From Candidatus Binatia bacterium (GTDB taxonomy: Bacteria; Desulfobacterota; Binatia; UBA9968): a stretch of DNA of 64,000 nucleotides. Of this stretch, positions 20,484-30,073 are shown in pieces. The number at the start of each line of letters is the position of its first letter. The first letter of the stretch is position 1. The notes under the pieces are model-generated. The model was given only the letters and a program-made list of their open reading frames with translations. It did not search any database and was not told the origin of the DNA. Location: contig JBOHVN010000252.1 of the NCBI GenBank assembly GCA_050735675.1, positions 223-64,222 on the forward strand, written 5' to 3'. The position numbers were made by a program, and so were the translations under genes.

Positions 20484-21611
20484 ATGGCGGAAAAGACTCT
20501 CGAAGAAATTAAAGCCGACATCCTCCATCGCGCCGGGCGCATTAATCCGTTCGAAAGAGTGAAGAAGGAAGATGTCGAGCAGGTCATTAAGAATCTGACC
20601 AGCCTCGACGGCGATTTGTGGGGACGAGAGTGGGGTAATGTCGGGGTGAAATATGAAGCGCTCGCCGAGGAGCAGGAAAAGCAGGGAAAAAAGCCAGGCG
20701 CCGGCGAGAATTATTATTTGGCCTACGAATATTACCGAATCGGACGTTATCCCGTGCCGAGCAGTCCGGAAAAGATGAATTGCTACAAAGGCGCGCTGCG
20801 CTCATTTCTCAAGGCAGCGCCGTATATGGAGCCGCCGCTGGAGCGCATCGAGATTCCCTTCGAAGGAAAGAAAGTCGTCGGCTACTTGCAGGTTCCGAAA
20901 GGCGTCAGTCGCCCGGCTGTGGTGATGCATTGGGGCGGTGTCGATGGTTGGAAAGAGGACCGCCGCACGAACAACGACGTGTTGCTCAAGATGGGTTTCG
21001 CCTGTTTTACCATCGACATGCCGGGAGCGGGAGAAAATCCATGCCTGGGCAGCGACCTGCGCGCTGAGCGGACTTTCTCCGCTGCGATGGATTATCTGGA
21101 GACGCGGCAGGATATCGACGGCAAGCGGATCGCCTGCATGGGCGGCAGCTTCGGCGGTTACTGGGCTGCGAAACTGGCGCACACCGAACCGCAACGGCTG
21201 CGCGGCGCGGTCAACTGGGGCGCGGGCGTGCATCGAACGTTTCAAGAGGAATGGCTGCGCCCGGCGCTGACAGTGACAGCATCGCAGTATTTGATGGGAC
21301 CGGCGAGCTTGCTCGACGCGCGCTCTTACATTTTCGGCGTGAAAACCCTCGAGGAGACGCTCAAGATCGCGCCGACTTTATCATTGGTCACGCAAGGCTT
21401 GATCGACCAGCCGTGCGCGCCGCTGCTTTGCATCAACGGCAAAGAAGACGATCAACATCCCATCAGCGATCTCTATTTGCTGGCGGAGCACGGCAGCCCG
21501 AAAGACTTGCGGATCCTGCCCGGCGCCGGCCATATGGGCAGACGAAAGGGCCAGTCCAATGATGATGTCGTGGAGATTGTGACAAATTGGCTCAAAGACA
21601 AACTTGCTTGA
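20484..21611 (+). CDS. Alpha/beta hydrolase, FrsA-like esterase family (paralogue 1)
   Basis: The nucleophile elbow is GGSFGGYWAAKLA. By eye it aligns along its full length with the ORF at 27600-28694. Confidence 0.7.
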   Translation: MAEKTLEEIKADILHRAGRINPFERVKKEDVEQVIKNLTSLDGDLWGREWGNVGVKYEALAEEQEKQGKKPGAGENYYLAYEYYRIGRYPVPSSPEKMNCYKGALRSFLKAAPYMEPPLERIEIPFEGKKVVGYLQVPKGVSRPAVVMHWGGVDGWKEDRRTNNDVLLKMGFACFTIDMPGAGENPCLGSDLRAERTFSAAMDYLETRQDIDGKRIACMGGSFGGYWAAKLAHTEPQRLRGAVNWGAGVHRTFQEEWLRPALTVTASQYLMGPASLLDARSYIFGVKTLEETLKIAPTLSLVTQGLIDQPCAPLLCINGKEDDQHPISDLYLLAEHGSPKDLRILPGAGHMGRRKGQSNDDVVEIVTNWLKDKLA

Positions 21612-21626
21612 AGGGAATGAAGAGAA

Positions 21627-22175
21627 ATGGCACGTATCGCAACCATCGATAAGAAAGAAGACCTGGCTTCGGAAGATCGGAATGTTTACGACGCGATCGC
21701 GCAGAGCCGCGGCGCCGTGGGCGGGCCCTGGCGCGCCTTGTTATACAGCCCCGAGCTGGCGCAGCGCACCATGCACCTCGGCAGTTACGTCCGCTTTGAA
21801 TCGACTTTGGATCACAAGCTCGTCGAATTCGCCGCGTTGGTATCCGCGCGCGAGCTCGACTGCAAACACGAGTGGGCGGCGCATGTCAATCATGCGCAGA
21901 AGGCCGGCATCTCCAGGGAAACCATTCGCGCCGTTTACGAAAAGAAAGGCGTGGAAACCTTTTCCGCCGAAGATGCGCAGATCGTGAGCTTCGTGCGCGA
22001 GATGATTCACGCCCACCGCGTCAGCGAGGCGACATTCCAAGCGGTCTATGGCCGCCTCGGCGAGAAGAAGATGGTCGAGCTCACCGCGACGATTGGCTAC
22101 TACGCCATGCTCGCTTGCACGCTCAATACCTTCGACGTTTACACGGTCACGCCGCCGGAAGACTTGAAGATCTGA
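21627..22175 (+). CDS. Carboxymuconolactone decarboxylase (AhpD-like) family protein
   Basis: 182 aa. The core FAALVSARELDCKHEWAAHV is typical of the CMD family. Confidence 0.75.
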   Translation: MARIATIDKKEDLASEDRNVYDAIAQSRGAVGGPWRALLYSPELAQRTMHLGSYVRFESTLDHKLVEFAALVSARELDCKHEWAAHVNHAQKAGISRETIRAVYEKKGVETFSAEDAQIVSFVREMIHAHRVSEATFQAVYGRLGEKKMVELTATIGYYAMLACTLNTFDVYTVTPPEDLKI

Positions 22176-22370
22176 GTCGCCGCGCGCTCGTGGAGTCTCG
22201 ATTCGTGCCGAATTGCCGCTTGGTTGCAGCGAACACTGCCACCTCGAAGTTTTTATCGGTGTCCACCGAGAGTTTTGCCCGGATTCCCCCCGAAGAGAAT
22301 CATGATCTTACGCTCGCCCACAGAGAATGAAAATGGAGGGGTTTCCCTCCGCACGTTTTCCCCGCGACTC

Positions 22371-22447
22371 GTCATTCCCGCGCACGCGGGAATCCAGGTT
22401 TGTTTTCCGCCCCAATTAGCCTGGATACCCGCTTTCGCGGGTATGAC
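22371..22447. repeat. REP-like composite palindromic element, family A (complete copy)
   Basis: The unit gtcattcccgcgcacgcgggaatccagg has a 9-bp stem. A spacer follows, then cctggatacccgctttcgcgggtatgacg with an 8-bp stem. A half copy, gcgggaatgac, lies at 22526-22536. Confidence 0.75.
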
Positions 22448-22582
22448 GAAACGCTGCGGTTACTTAGCGTATTCGGGTTCTTCATTCTATAGATTATCCA
22501 CGCACACATATTTTCGAAGGAGCATGCGGGAATGACGGACTTTGAATCAGATCTCGGTTGTATCGCTCGGCGCTTGTTCATG

Positions 22583-23464
22583 TTACTTGCTGCATTTGTC
22601 GATAAAGGCTTTGATCACCTGGTTAAAGGTTTCGGGCTGTTCGCGGTAGCAGAAGTGGCCGGCGTGGTTGATGATGTGCATCTCTGATTTTGGGTTGCTG
22701 TCGGCGATGATTTCGAAGAGCGCGTGGCCGCGCTTCAATAACGCGGTCGGATCGTTGTAACCCCAGACAAGCATGGTCGGTTGAGTGAGCTTGCCCTGAA
22801 TGATCCAATTCAAAGTCTCTTCCTTGTGCACCGCCAGGTGGGTGAAGAACTGGTTTTTCTTGAGCCCTTCGTCTTCCATCTTTCTGACGGTTTCCTGATA
22901 CTTGGCTGATTTGCCGATATCCTCCGCTGCGTCCATCCAGGCTTTCGTGATGTGATCGGGACGATAGGAATAATGCTCGACGCACCAGCGCTGGCTTTCG
23001 CGGCTGAGGCGCGGTTTGGGCGCGTTGGCCATGATGTACTCGGTCTTGGAGGGTCCAGGCGCGAGGGTGCCGCTGTCGATGATCGTGCACGAGCGCACCA
23101 GCTCGGGATGATCCAACGTCAAGCGCGCGACAACGTAACCGCCGCGCGAGTGGCCGATGACGTGGACGTTTTTGAGACCGAGCGCTTGAAGCAAACCGGC
23201 GGCATGTTTGACGGTTGCGGCCATGGTGTAGTCGGCGTCGGATTTTGGATTATCGGTGTAACCCTGTCCGAGCTTGTCCATGGCGATTACGCGATAGCGC
23301 TCGGCCAGCACGTCGAAATTGAATTCCCAGTCGAGCGCGCTTTCGCATGCGTCGGGCGTGCCCATGTGGCTGCCATGCACCAATAAAAGAATTTCGCCGC
23401 GACCTTTGTCGAAATAGCGAGTTCGGATGCCGTCGACGTCGACAAACTTTGGCTCGGTCATCAT
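22583..23464 (-). CDS. Alpha/beta hydrolase (MhpC/BphD-type C-C hydrolase-like)
   Basis: The sequence includes LLVHGS, the nucleophile elbow GHSRGGY, and the C-terminal HAGHFCYREQPE. I placed the start at MMTEPK. Confidence 0.8.
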   Translation of the reverse strand: MMTEPKFVDVDGIRTRYFDKGRGEILLLVHGSHMGTPDACESALDWEFNFDVLAERYRVIAMDKLGQGYTDNPKSDADYTMAATVKHAAGLLQALGLKNVHVIGHSRGGYVVARLTLDHPELVRSCTIIDSGTLAPGPSKTEYIMANAPKPRLSRESQRWCVEHYSYRPDHITKAWMDAAEDIGKSAKYQETVRKMEDEGLKKNQFFTHLAVHKEETLNWIIQGKLTQPTMLVWGYNDPTALLKRGHALFEIIADSNPKSEMHIINHAGHFCYREQPETFNQVIKAFIDKCSK

Positions 23465-23656
23465 GATCACATCCTCCTTCCGATTCGCATAGTCAAAAGC
23501 GCGCTGCCCTGTCAACCGACAATGCGATACCGGGCGAATTTGTCTTACAACTTGACACGCCGCTTCACGTCTCGATACTCTCCGGTAAATTGACTCGCAA
23601 CAAGTGCCGGAAATGAAAGTGGCTATCGTTTCTGCTATCGGCGGTAAATTTCAATT

Positions 23657-25285
23657 GTGACCCGCAATCGGCCGAGTAAAAAACAATCCAGCCGGATTCA
23701 GGTTGCAGCCGAGCTGGTGCCTCGGTCGTCGTGGCGCGTGTTCGAAGCGGTCATGACCGCACTGATACTGGCGGTCTATGTGGTCTTGCTCACGCACCCT
23801 ATCAATCTCACGGTCGGAGACCTCGGGCGTCACCTCAAGAACGGCGAGCTGTTCCTTCAAAGCGGGTTGCTGGCCAAGGTGAACTTATACTCTTACACGC
23901 AACCCGATTATCCGTTCATCAATCACCATTGGGGCGCCGGTGTTATCTTTTATTTGATCGAACGCAGCGCCGGACTTAAGGGATTGTCGTTGGTCTTCAT
24001 CGCTATCAGCGCGGCGACTTTGCAGCTGTTTCTGAACATTGCGGCTAAACTGTCATCGTTTCCCATCGCCGCAATAGCGACGGTAATTTGCATGCCGATT
24101 CTAATTACCCGGCATGAGATACGGCCCGAAGCTTTCACCTATTTCCTGAGCGCCTTGTTCCTTCAATTCCTGTGGCGCTACAAACTTCGGAAGCTGGGTT
24201 TTCGCGCACTCTTTATCCTGCCGTTGCTGCAAATTTTTTGGGTTAACCTGCATATCTATTTTTTCATCGGCATCATCCTCATTGGAGTATTCCTATTCGA
24301 ATCGCTTGTCGCGTCATTCACTGATCAATCTCCGGAGCTTCGCACCCGAAGCAAGCAGCTGGCGATAATCTTGCTGCTGACGCTTATGGCCAGTTGCGTG
24401 AACCCGGCCGGAGTGTCCGGCGCCTTGTATCCGCTGTTCATATTGCACGGTTATGAGTTTCCGGTGCTCGAAAACTATTCCGTGCCGGCGGTTCTGCGCT
24501 CCAGTTTCACCTTTCTCCCGCTCACCTACTTCTTGATCATCCTCGGGATGCTCGGACTGAGCTGGGTTTATGTTTTTGCCAGAGACCGCGCGCGGGTGTC
24601 GTATGCAAATTTGCTCCTGTCGCTCATGGTTGTCGCTATGGCGTGGAATTCGATTCGAAACTTCGGGCTATTTGCGTTCTTCGCATTGCCTCTAACGGCG
24701 GCGAACTTGGAAAAGTTTTTGGCAGGCGATGGCGCGAGATCGTATTGGACAGCGGGCAAGACTGCTATGGCTTCGGCGGCGATTGCCATACTTCTGTTCG
24801 TGATCAGTCCGGTTTATTTTTTGGGCGGCGGTCGAGGCGTCTTTGGGATCGGCCTGAAGCAGGGAAGCCAAGCAGCCGGCGATTTCATTCGCCGGGAGAA
24901 TCTCCGCGGTCCGATCTTCAACAACTTCGATATCGGCGGCTACTTGACCTATCATCTTTATCCGCAAGAGCGGGTTTTCGTCGATAACCGTCCCGAAGCC
25001 TATCCGGCGGCGTTCTTCAGGGATGACTATTTCCCGCTGCTGCAAAGTGAAGGTGATTGGATGCGGCGAAGCACCAAGTTCGGTTTCAACATGATTATCT
25101 TCAATCATCGCGACCGTTCCGTGGCGAGTGAGCAATTCATTGTTCGCCGGGTTTTGGATCCCGCTTGGGCTCCGGTGTTCTTCGACCGGGAGATCATCGT
25201 TCTGGTGAAAAGGCACGCTTCCAATCAGGCGACCATCGATAAGCATGAGTTAAGCAGAGAACAGATATTGTCAAAATCGAACTGA
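23657..25285 (+). CDS. Polytopic membrane protein with C-terminal soluble domain (possibly a GT-C-type glycosyltransferase)
   Basis: 542 aa with more than 10 hydrophobic segments. The gene looks lower in GC than its neighbours by eye. The function is only a guess. Confidence 0.4.
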   Translation: MTRNRPSKKQSSRIQVAAELVPRSSWRVFEAVMTALILAVYVVLLTHPINLTVGDLGRHLKNGELFLQSGLLAKVNLYSYTQPDYPFINHHWGAGVIFYLIERSAGLKGLSLVFIAISAATLQLFLNIAAKLSSFPIAAIATVICMPILITRHEIRPEAFTYFLSALFLQFLWRYKLRKLGFRALFILPLLQIFWVNLHIYFFIGIILIGVFLFESLVASFTDQSPELRTRSKQLAIILLLTLMASCVNPAGVSGALYPLFILHGYEFPVLENYSVPAVLRSSFTFLPLTYFLIILGMLGLSWVYVFARDRARVSYANLLLSLMVVAMAWNSIRNFGLFAFFALPLTAANLEKFLAGDGARSYWTAGKTAMASAAIAILLFVISPVYFLGGGRGVFGIGLKQGSQAAGDFIRRENLRGPIFNNFDIGGYLTYHLYPQERVFVDNRPEAYPAAFFRDDYFPLLQSEGDWMRRSTKFGFNMIIFNHRDRSVASEQFIVRRVLDPAWAPVFFDREIIVLVKRHASNQATIDKHELSREQILSKSN

Positions 25286-25372
25286 TTCGTTGTTTTCGCC
25301 CCCGGCGATTGACAGCGCGTCGCGCGGGCGGATAGTCTCCGACAAAACAGTTCTCGGAAAGGAAGCGTGGTC

Positions 25373-26143
25373 ATGAAACTCAAAGGACAGGTGGCGCTGA
25401 TTACGGGCGCGGGAAGAAACATCGGCAAAGCGATGGCAAAGCTATTCGCCTCGGAGGGCGCGAAGGTCGCGGTCATAGAAATGCACGAGGGACGCGGCCA
25501 AGGCGTGGTCGATGAAATCAACAAGACGGGGCAGGAGGCGATGCTCGTGTTGTGCGATGTCGCGAAAACGAGCGATGTGAAAGAAATGATAAAGAAAGTC
25601 ACCGCCAAGTTCGGCGGCATCGATATTCTGATCAACAATGCCGCGCTCACGGATCACGCCAATATCTTCGACAGCAAAGAGGAAGAATTCGACAAGGTCA
25701 TCGACGTAAGTCTCAAAGGTCCATACGTAGTCACCAAATACGCCGCGGCGCAGATGCGAGACCAGGGGCGCGGCGGCAAGATCGTCAATTTTGGCTCGAC
25801 GTCGGGCATGATCGGCCGCTTCGACGGCATCGCCTACGCCGCGGCAAAGGCCGGCGTCATCAATATGACCCGCGCCATGGCCGTGCAGCTCGCCGAGTAC
25901 AAGATTCGTGTCAATTGCGTGGTGCCGAACCGGTCGGGCTCGCCGGTGGGTTACGACGATGATGTTGCCGGCAACCGGACGTTCCAAAACCTCGCCGGCC
26001 GGCTGGGCACGGCGGAGGATCAGGCAAAAGCGGCGCTGTTTCTCGTCAGTGATGACTCCGATTTCATTTACGGCCAGTCTTTAGTGGTCGACGGCGGCGT
26101 GATGGCGACGGCGAATTTTCCACGAGAGCAGTTTCAAAAATAG
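25373..26143 (+). CDS. SDR-family oxidoreductase (FabG-like)
   Basis: The cofactor motif is TGAGRNIGKA, followed by NNAA and the catalytic YAAAKAG. I chose the ATG at 25373, which follows the SD ggaaaggaag. Confidence 0.9.
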   Translation: MKLKGQVALITGAGRNIGKAMAKLFASEGAKVAVIEMHEGRGQGVVDEINKTGQEAMLVLCDVAKTSDVKEMIKKVTAKFGGIDILINNAALTDHANIFDSKEEEFDKVIDVSLKGPYVVTKYAAAQMRDQGRGGKIVNFGSTSGMIGRFDGIAYAAAKAGVINMTRAMAVQLAEYKIRVNCVVPNRSGSPVGYDDDVAGNRTFQNLAGRLGTAEDQAKAALFLVSDDSDFIYGQSLVVDGGVMATANFPREQFQK

Positions 26144-26422
26144 GCGTTCAAGCAGTTCAAGGGTTCGGACCGCACAGATGGAGCGGTGTGCCGGAGTAAA
26201 ATATTAGGCTGGCCGACTTTGAAGCTATTCGTACTCTCGATCGCGAAGGGTAAAGATGCGCATCGCCTGGTCTTTTGCAGAAACAATGACTGAATGGGAC
26301 ATTCAGAGCGCCGAGGGATAAACCAGTCACGAAAAGAAAAGTACTGTCGTGAGTTGCCGCGCTTTCCTACGGTGATTGTCCTACGGCAGGATTTGGTTTA
26401 CATTGTGGAATAGAATTTAATC

Positions 26423-27481
26423 TTGTTCCACAAAGGCCTGGCCCTGATACGACTCAAAAGATTCGACGTTTCACTACGCACGGCGTATGCGCAGGGGAAG
26501 GAACTCGCGCTGGCGCAAAAGGAAGTGCCACTGTTGACCGCCGGCAGCGTCCAAGTCGAAAAGCGCGCCGGAGGCCAATTTGTCTACCGCTACCGTTACG
26601 ACGCGACAGGCAAGCGAGCCGCCGAATATCTCGGACCCCATTCCGACGAAAGGACGAAGGCTAGAGTCGAACGGGTGCGGGAAGAAATGCGCGACCGGGA
26701 AACGCTAGCAGCCTATAGTCAAAGCCTGAGAAAGATCGGTTTCTATAGCGCCGACAATTCCACCGTCGTTTCGGTTGCCGCGCTTTTTAACGCGGGCATC
26801 TTCGGCAAAGGCGCGGTGCTAGTCGGCACGCACGCGTTCGGCGTCTTACTCAACGAACTGGGCGTTTCAGCTTCTCCATTTCCTCTGACCGAAGATGTGG
26901 ATGTCGCCCGCGCGCGGCGCATCGAGATTGCCGCACTGCCGGACGGTGGATTGCTGGCGCTACTCAAGCAAACCGGCCTGCCGTTTCACGAAGTGCCCGG
27001 ACTGAAGCGCGGCGAGCCGTCGACGTCTTTCAAGGTGCGTGGCCGTAAGTTAAAAGTCGACTTGCTGGTGTCGGCGAAGCGAATTCCTTACAGGGCGATT
27101 CGGATTCCCGAACTGGGCGCCTACGCCACCGGCCTGCCTTATCTCGCCTATTTGCTCGATGACCCCGTGATGTCCATCCTGATAGGGCGCGACAGACTAG
27201 TGCCTGTTGCCGTGCCGCACGCAGGGCGTTTTGTGATTCACAAGCTTGCGGTGTCTACGCTGAGAGCCGCGTCCGATAGCCCCAAGCGTGAAAAAGATAT
27301 CGTCCAGTCGGCGACTCTTGCCGCGTCACTTGCACAGGATCAGGATTTTGTATTGCAGGAGGCGATAGACGCCATGAATGTGCCGCTGCGTAGCCGTGTG
27401 AAACCAGGGGTGAGACATGCACTCAAGTTGCTTCAATCGGATTATCCAGCCGCAGTTCAGCTGCTTGAAAAACTGGCGTGA
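26423..27481 (+). CDS. Nucleotidyltransferase-fold protein, AbiEii/DUF1814-like core with a unique N-terminal extension of about 110 aa
   Basis: LVGTHAF...TEDVDVA plus KVDLLV resembles the hGGTAh...S/TxDhDh NTase signature. TTG start. No partner ORF was detected. Confidence 0.45.
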   Translation: MFHKGLALIRLKRFDVSLRTAYAQGKELALAQKEVPLLTAGSVQVEKRAGGQFVYRYRYDATGKRAAEYLGPHSDERTKARVERVREEMRDRETLAAYSQSLRKIGFYSADNSTVVSVAALFNAGIFGKGAVLVGTHAFGVLLNELGVSASPFPLTEDVDVARARRIEIAALPDGGLLALLKQTGLPFHEVPGLKRGEPSTSFKVRGRKLKVDLLVSAKRIPYRAIRIPELGAYATGLPYLAYLLDDPVMSILIGRDRLVPVAVPHAGRFVIHKLAVSTLRAASDSPKREKDIVQSATLAASLAQDQDFVLQEAIDAMNVPLRSRVKPGVRHALKLLQSDYPAAVQLLEKLA

Positions 27482-27529
27482 TTGCGGTCCCCCATCCAAC
27501 ATTATTCCAGGGCGACGCCTTAAGCCAAA

Positions 27530-27572
27530 TGTCATCGTCGAGTTCTGATGCCCCGCAGCTTGCTGCGGGGTG
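27530..27572. repeat. REP-like hairpin repeat, family C (second copy)
   Basis: Sequence tgtcatcgtcgagttctgatgccccgcagcttgctgcggggtg. Compare with 77-118. Confidence 0.7.
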
Positions 27573-27599
27573 ATCACCTTAGCTGAAAACTTTGAGAGT

Positions 27600-28694
27600 T
27601 CAGCGCAACTCGTTTTTCAGCCAATTGACAATCGTCGGAAAAGTTTGCGGGGTTTGGCCCATGTGGCCGCCGGGGAAAACCCGCGCCGATTTCGGCATGC
27701 CATGTTCCAAAAGGATATGGAGGTCGGCGATCGGAGTTTGCAGGTCGTTTTTGCCGTTGACGATCAGCATGGGACAGGACGGTTGGTCCAACCAGCCTTG
27801 GTCTTTGAGCGAGAGCGCCGACCAGGGTGTCAGGAGGTCGTCCAAACGATCGACGCCGAAGAGCCGGCAGCGGGCGATGTCATGATCCATCAGATAGCTT
27901 TCCGCGTGGGTCGACTCGCGCAGCCAGTCTGCTTGAAAGAAATAATGGACGCCGCCGCCCCAGACTACTGCCGCGCGCAAACGCCGCGCTTCGACGTAGG
28001 CCATTTTAGCTGCCCAGTAACCTCCGAAGCTCCGCCCCATGATGGCGATTCGTTCGGGGTCGACATCGGGTCGCTTCTCTAGGTAATCGATCACGGCGCT
28101 GAAAATCACATCTGCGGTGGACGAAGCTTTGACCGGACACTCGCCGGCGCCGGGCATGTCGACGGCGCAGCTCGCCATGCCCGCTCTTTGCAAGCCTTCG
28201 TCGTACTCGTAGCTCTCCGCTTTGAAGGAATCGATGCCGCCGAAGTTGATGACAACGGCATGCTTTCGGCCGTCCTCGGGGATGCGCACGTAGAGTGGAA
28301 TCGCACTGTCAGCGAATGGAATTTCGACTCTTTCCAGTTTCGGCTCGAAATAGGCGCCGGCCTTTTCGTACATCTCAAGACTCTTGCGAAAGCATGCCAT
28401 TTTCCCCGGTGTATGCGGCGCGGGATAGCGCCCGGTGGCATAGTAAGCGTAGGCCTGGATGTAGGCGTCGCGGGCCTCTTTAAACTTGCCCGATTGTTCC
28501 AACTGCGCGCCTCTTTCTTCATAAGGTTTCGCCACGCGCGCCCATTCTTTGGCCCAAAGCGCGGGATCTTTGCTCGTAAGATTCGTCAGTACGGATTCTA
28601 CATCTGCGCGCTTAGCGAGGCGAAAAGTGTTGCGTTTGCCGGTGCGCTCGCGAACCATCGCTTTGATTTCATCCAAGTTTTTGACTCGGCCCAT
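27600..28694 (-). CDS. Alpha/beta hydrolase, FrsA-like esterase family (paralogue 2)
   Basis: The nucleophile elbow is GRSFGGYWAAKMA. I set the start at MGRVKNLDEIKAMV by alignment to paralogue 1 (MAEKTLEEIKADI). Confidence 0.7.
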   Translation of the reverse strand: MGRVKNLDEIKAMVRERTGKRNTFRLAKRADVESVLTNLTSKDPALWAKEWARVAKPYEERGAQLEQSGKFKEARDAYIQAYAYYATGRYPAPHTPGKMACFRKSLEMYEKAGAYFEPKLERVEIPFADSAIPLYVRIPEDGRKHAVVINFGGIDSFKAESYEYDEGLQRAGMASCAVDMPGAGECPVKASSTADVIFSAVIDYLEKRPDVDPERIAIMGRSFGGYWAAKMAYVEARRLRAAVVWGGGVHYFFQADWLRESTHAESYLMDHDIARCRLFGVDRLDDLLTPWSALSLKDQGWLDQPSCPMLIVNGKNDLQTPIADLHILLEHGMPKSARVFPGGHMGQTPQTFPTIVNWLKNELR

Positions 28695-29018
28695 GGGCGT
28701 CTCCTGCGAAGATCTTAAAGCAGTTGAAACCTTCCAACCGTGCCAATTGTTAAATTCATCGGTCACAGTTCCAAGCAGGCTGCTGCCAGCCGCGCATCGA
28801 GGTCTACTTTACTCGAATTTGACAATAAGTTGCCAGTTGAGTTGGCCGTTGCGTTTTCAACTTCGCTACTTGACTGGGATCGTAAGATCTTTAACATCGT
28901 GTTGGAAGTGCGCGGATTTAATGTTATGGGAGTTGCTATCCGCGAAGCATCTAGCAGCGGATGCGGAGCCAATTCGTGGAGGAAGATTCCGTTAAGATCG
29001 CCGCGCAGCACTGCTCCA

Positions 29019-30020
29019 ATGGCTGAATTGCTTCAGGTTAAAAATCTGCAGACGTCTTTTTTTACCCCCGAGGGCGAAGTCCGCGCCATCGACGGCGTGA
29101 GCTTCGAGATCGGCGAGGGCAAGACCATCGGGCTGGTCGGCGAGTCGGGCTGCGGCAAGAGCGTGACTTCGCTGTCGATCATGCGCCTGATCCAGTCGCC
29201 GCCGGGGAAGATCGTCGGGGGGGAGATTCTCTACCGCGGGCGCGATCTCTTGAAGCTCAACAATGAAGAGATGCGCAAGATTCGCGGCAATGAAATCTCC
29301 ATGATCTTTCAAGAGCCGATGACTTCACTCAATCCGGTGTTCACCGTCGGCAATCAGATCGGCGAAGCGATTCGCTTGCATCAGGGATTGGGCAAAAAGG
29401 AGACCCGACATAAGACTATCGATATGCTACGCTTGGTTAAGATCGCCGATCCGGAATCGCGCGTCGACTCCTATCCCCACCAATTGAGCGGCGGTATGCG
29501 CCAGCGCGTCATGATCGCTATGGCGCTGTCGTGCAATCCGAGTTTGCTGATCGCTGACGAGCCCACGACGGCGTTGGATGTGACGATTCAGGCGCAAATC
29601 CTCGAGCTGATGAAAGAGTTGCAGCAAAAGATCGGCATGGCGCTGTTGCTGATCACCCATGACCTCGGCGTGGTTGCCGAGCAGGCTGACGACGTGGCGA
29701 TCATGTACGCCGGTAAGATCGTCGAGCGGTCGAACACCCGGGCAATCTTCAACCATCCGTTGCATCCGTATACCGTGGGTCTGCTCAACTCGCTGCCGAG
29801 CGCCAGCACGCTAAAGAAAAAGCGGCTCGATGCCATTCCCGGAGTGGTGCCGAGCCCGCTGAACTTGCCGAGCGGCTGCCGTTTCCGCGATCGTTGCCCG
29901 CGCGCGGCCGAGCTGTGCGCGCAAACCGAGCCGGAGCTGGTGGAGGAAGAGGCGGGGCATACGGTGGCCTGTCATTTCCCGCATACGGAGTCGCGAGAAA
30001 AAGCGCGGATCGAAGCTTGA
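29019..30020 (+). CDS. Peptide ABC transporter ATP-binding protein (OppD/DppD-like)
   Basis: Walker A is GESGCGKS, the signature is LSGGMRQR, and Walker B is LLIADEPT. The C-terminal oligopeptide tail contains Cys residues. Confidence 0.9.
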   Translation: MAELLQVKNLQTSFFTPEGEVRAIDGVSFEIGEGKTIGLVGESGCGKSVTSLSIMRLIQSPPGKIVGGEILYRGRDLLKLNNEEMRKIRGNEISMIFQEPMTSLNPVFTVGNQIGEAIRLHQGLGKKETRHKTIDMLRLVKIADPESRVDSYPHQLSGGMRQRVMIAMALSCNPSLLIADEPTTALDVTIQAQILELMKELQQKIGMALLLITHDLGVVAEQADDVAIMYAGKIVERSNTRAIFNHPLHPYTVGLLNSLPSASTLKKKRLDAIPGVVPSPLNLPSGCRFRDRCPRAAELCAQTEPELVEEEAGHTVACHFPHTESREKARIEA

Positions 30021-30073
30021 CGATCGAAGATCGCGTTTGTTGAACTGCGATCGCTAAAATTTGTTCTGTTGAT

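Noticed and set aside
22224-22535. A 103-aa ORF in the intergenic region after the CMD-family gene.
   Set aside because: Its sequence (VIPAHAGIQ..., IPAFAGMTK...) is the translation of the REP palindromes, not a gene.
20379-29018. The block between oppC and oppD, considered as a bona fide mobile genomic island.
   Set aside because: No integrase, transposase, tRNA target or direct flanking repeats are visible. Only the inverted paralogues and compositional impressions support a rearrangement. It is therefore reported as an observation, not as a mobile element.
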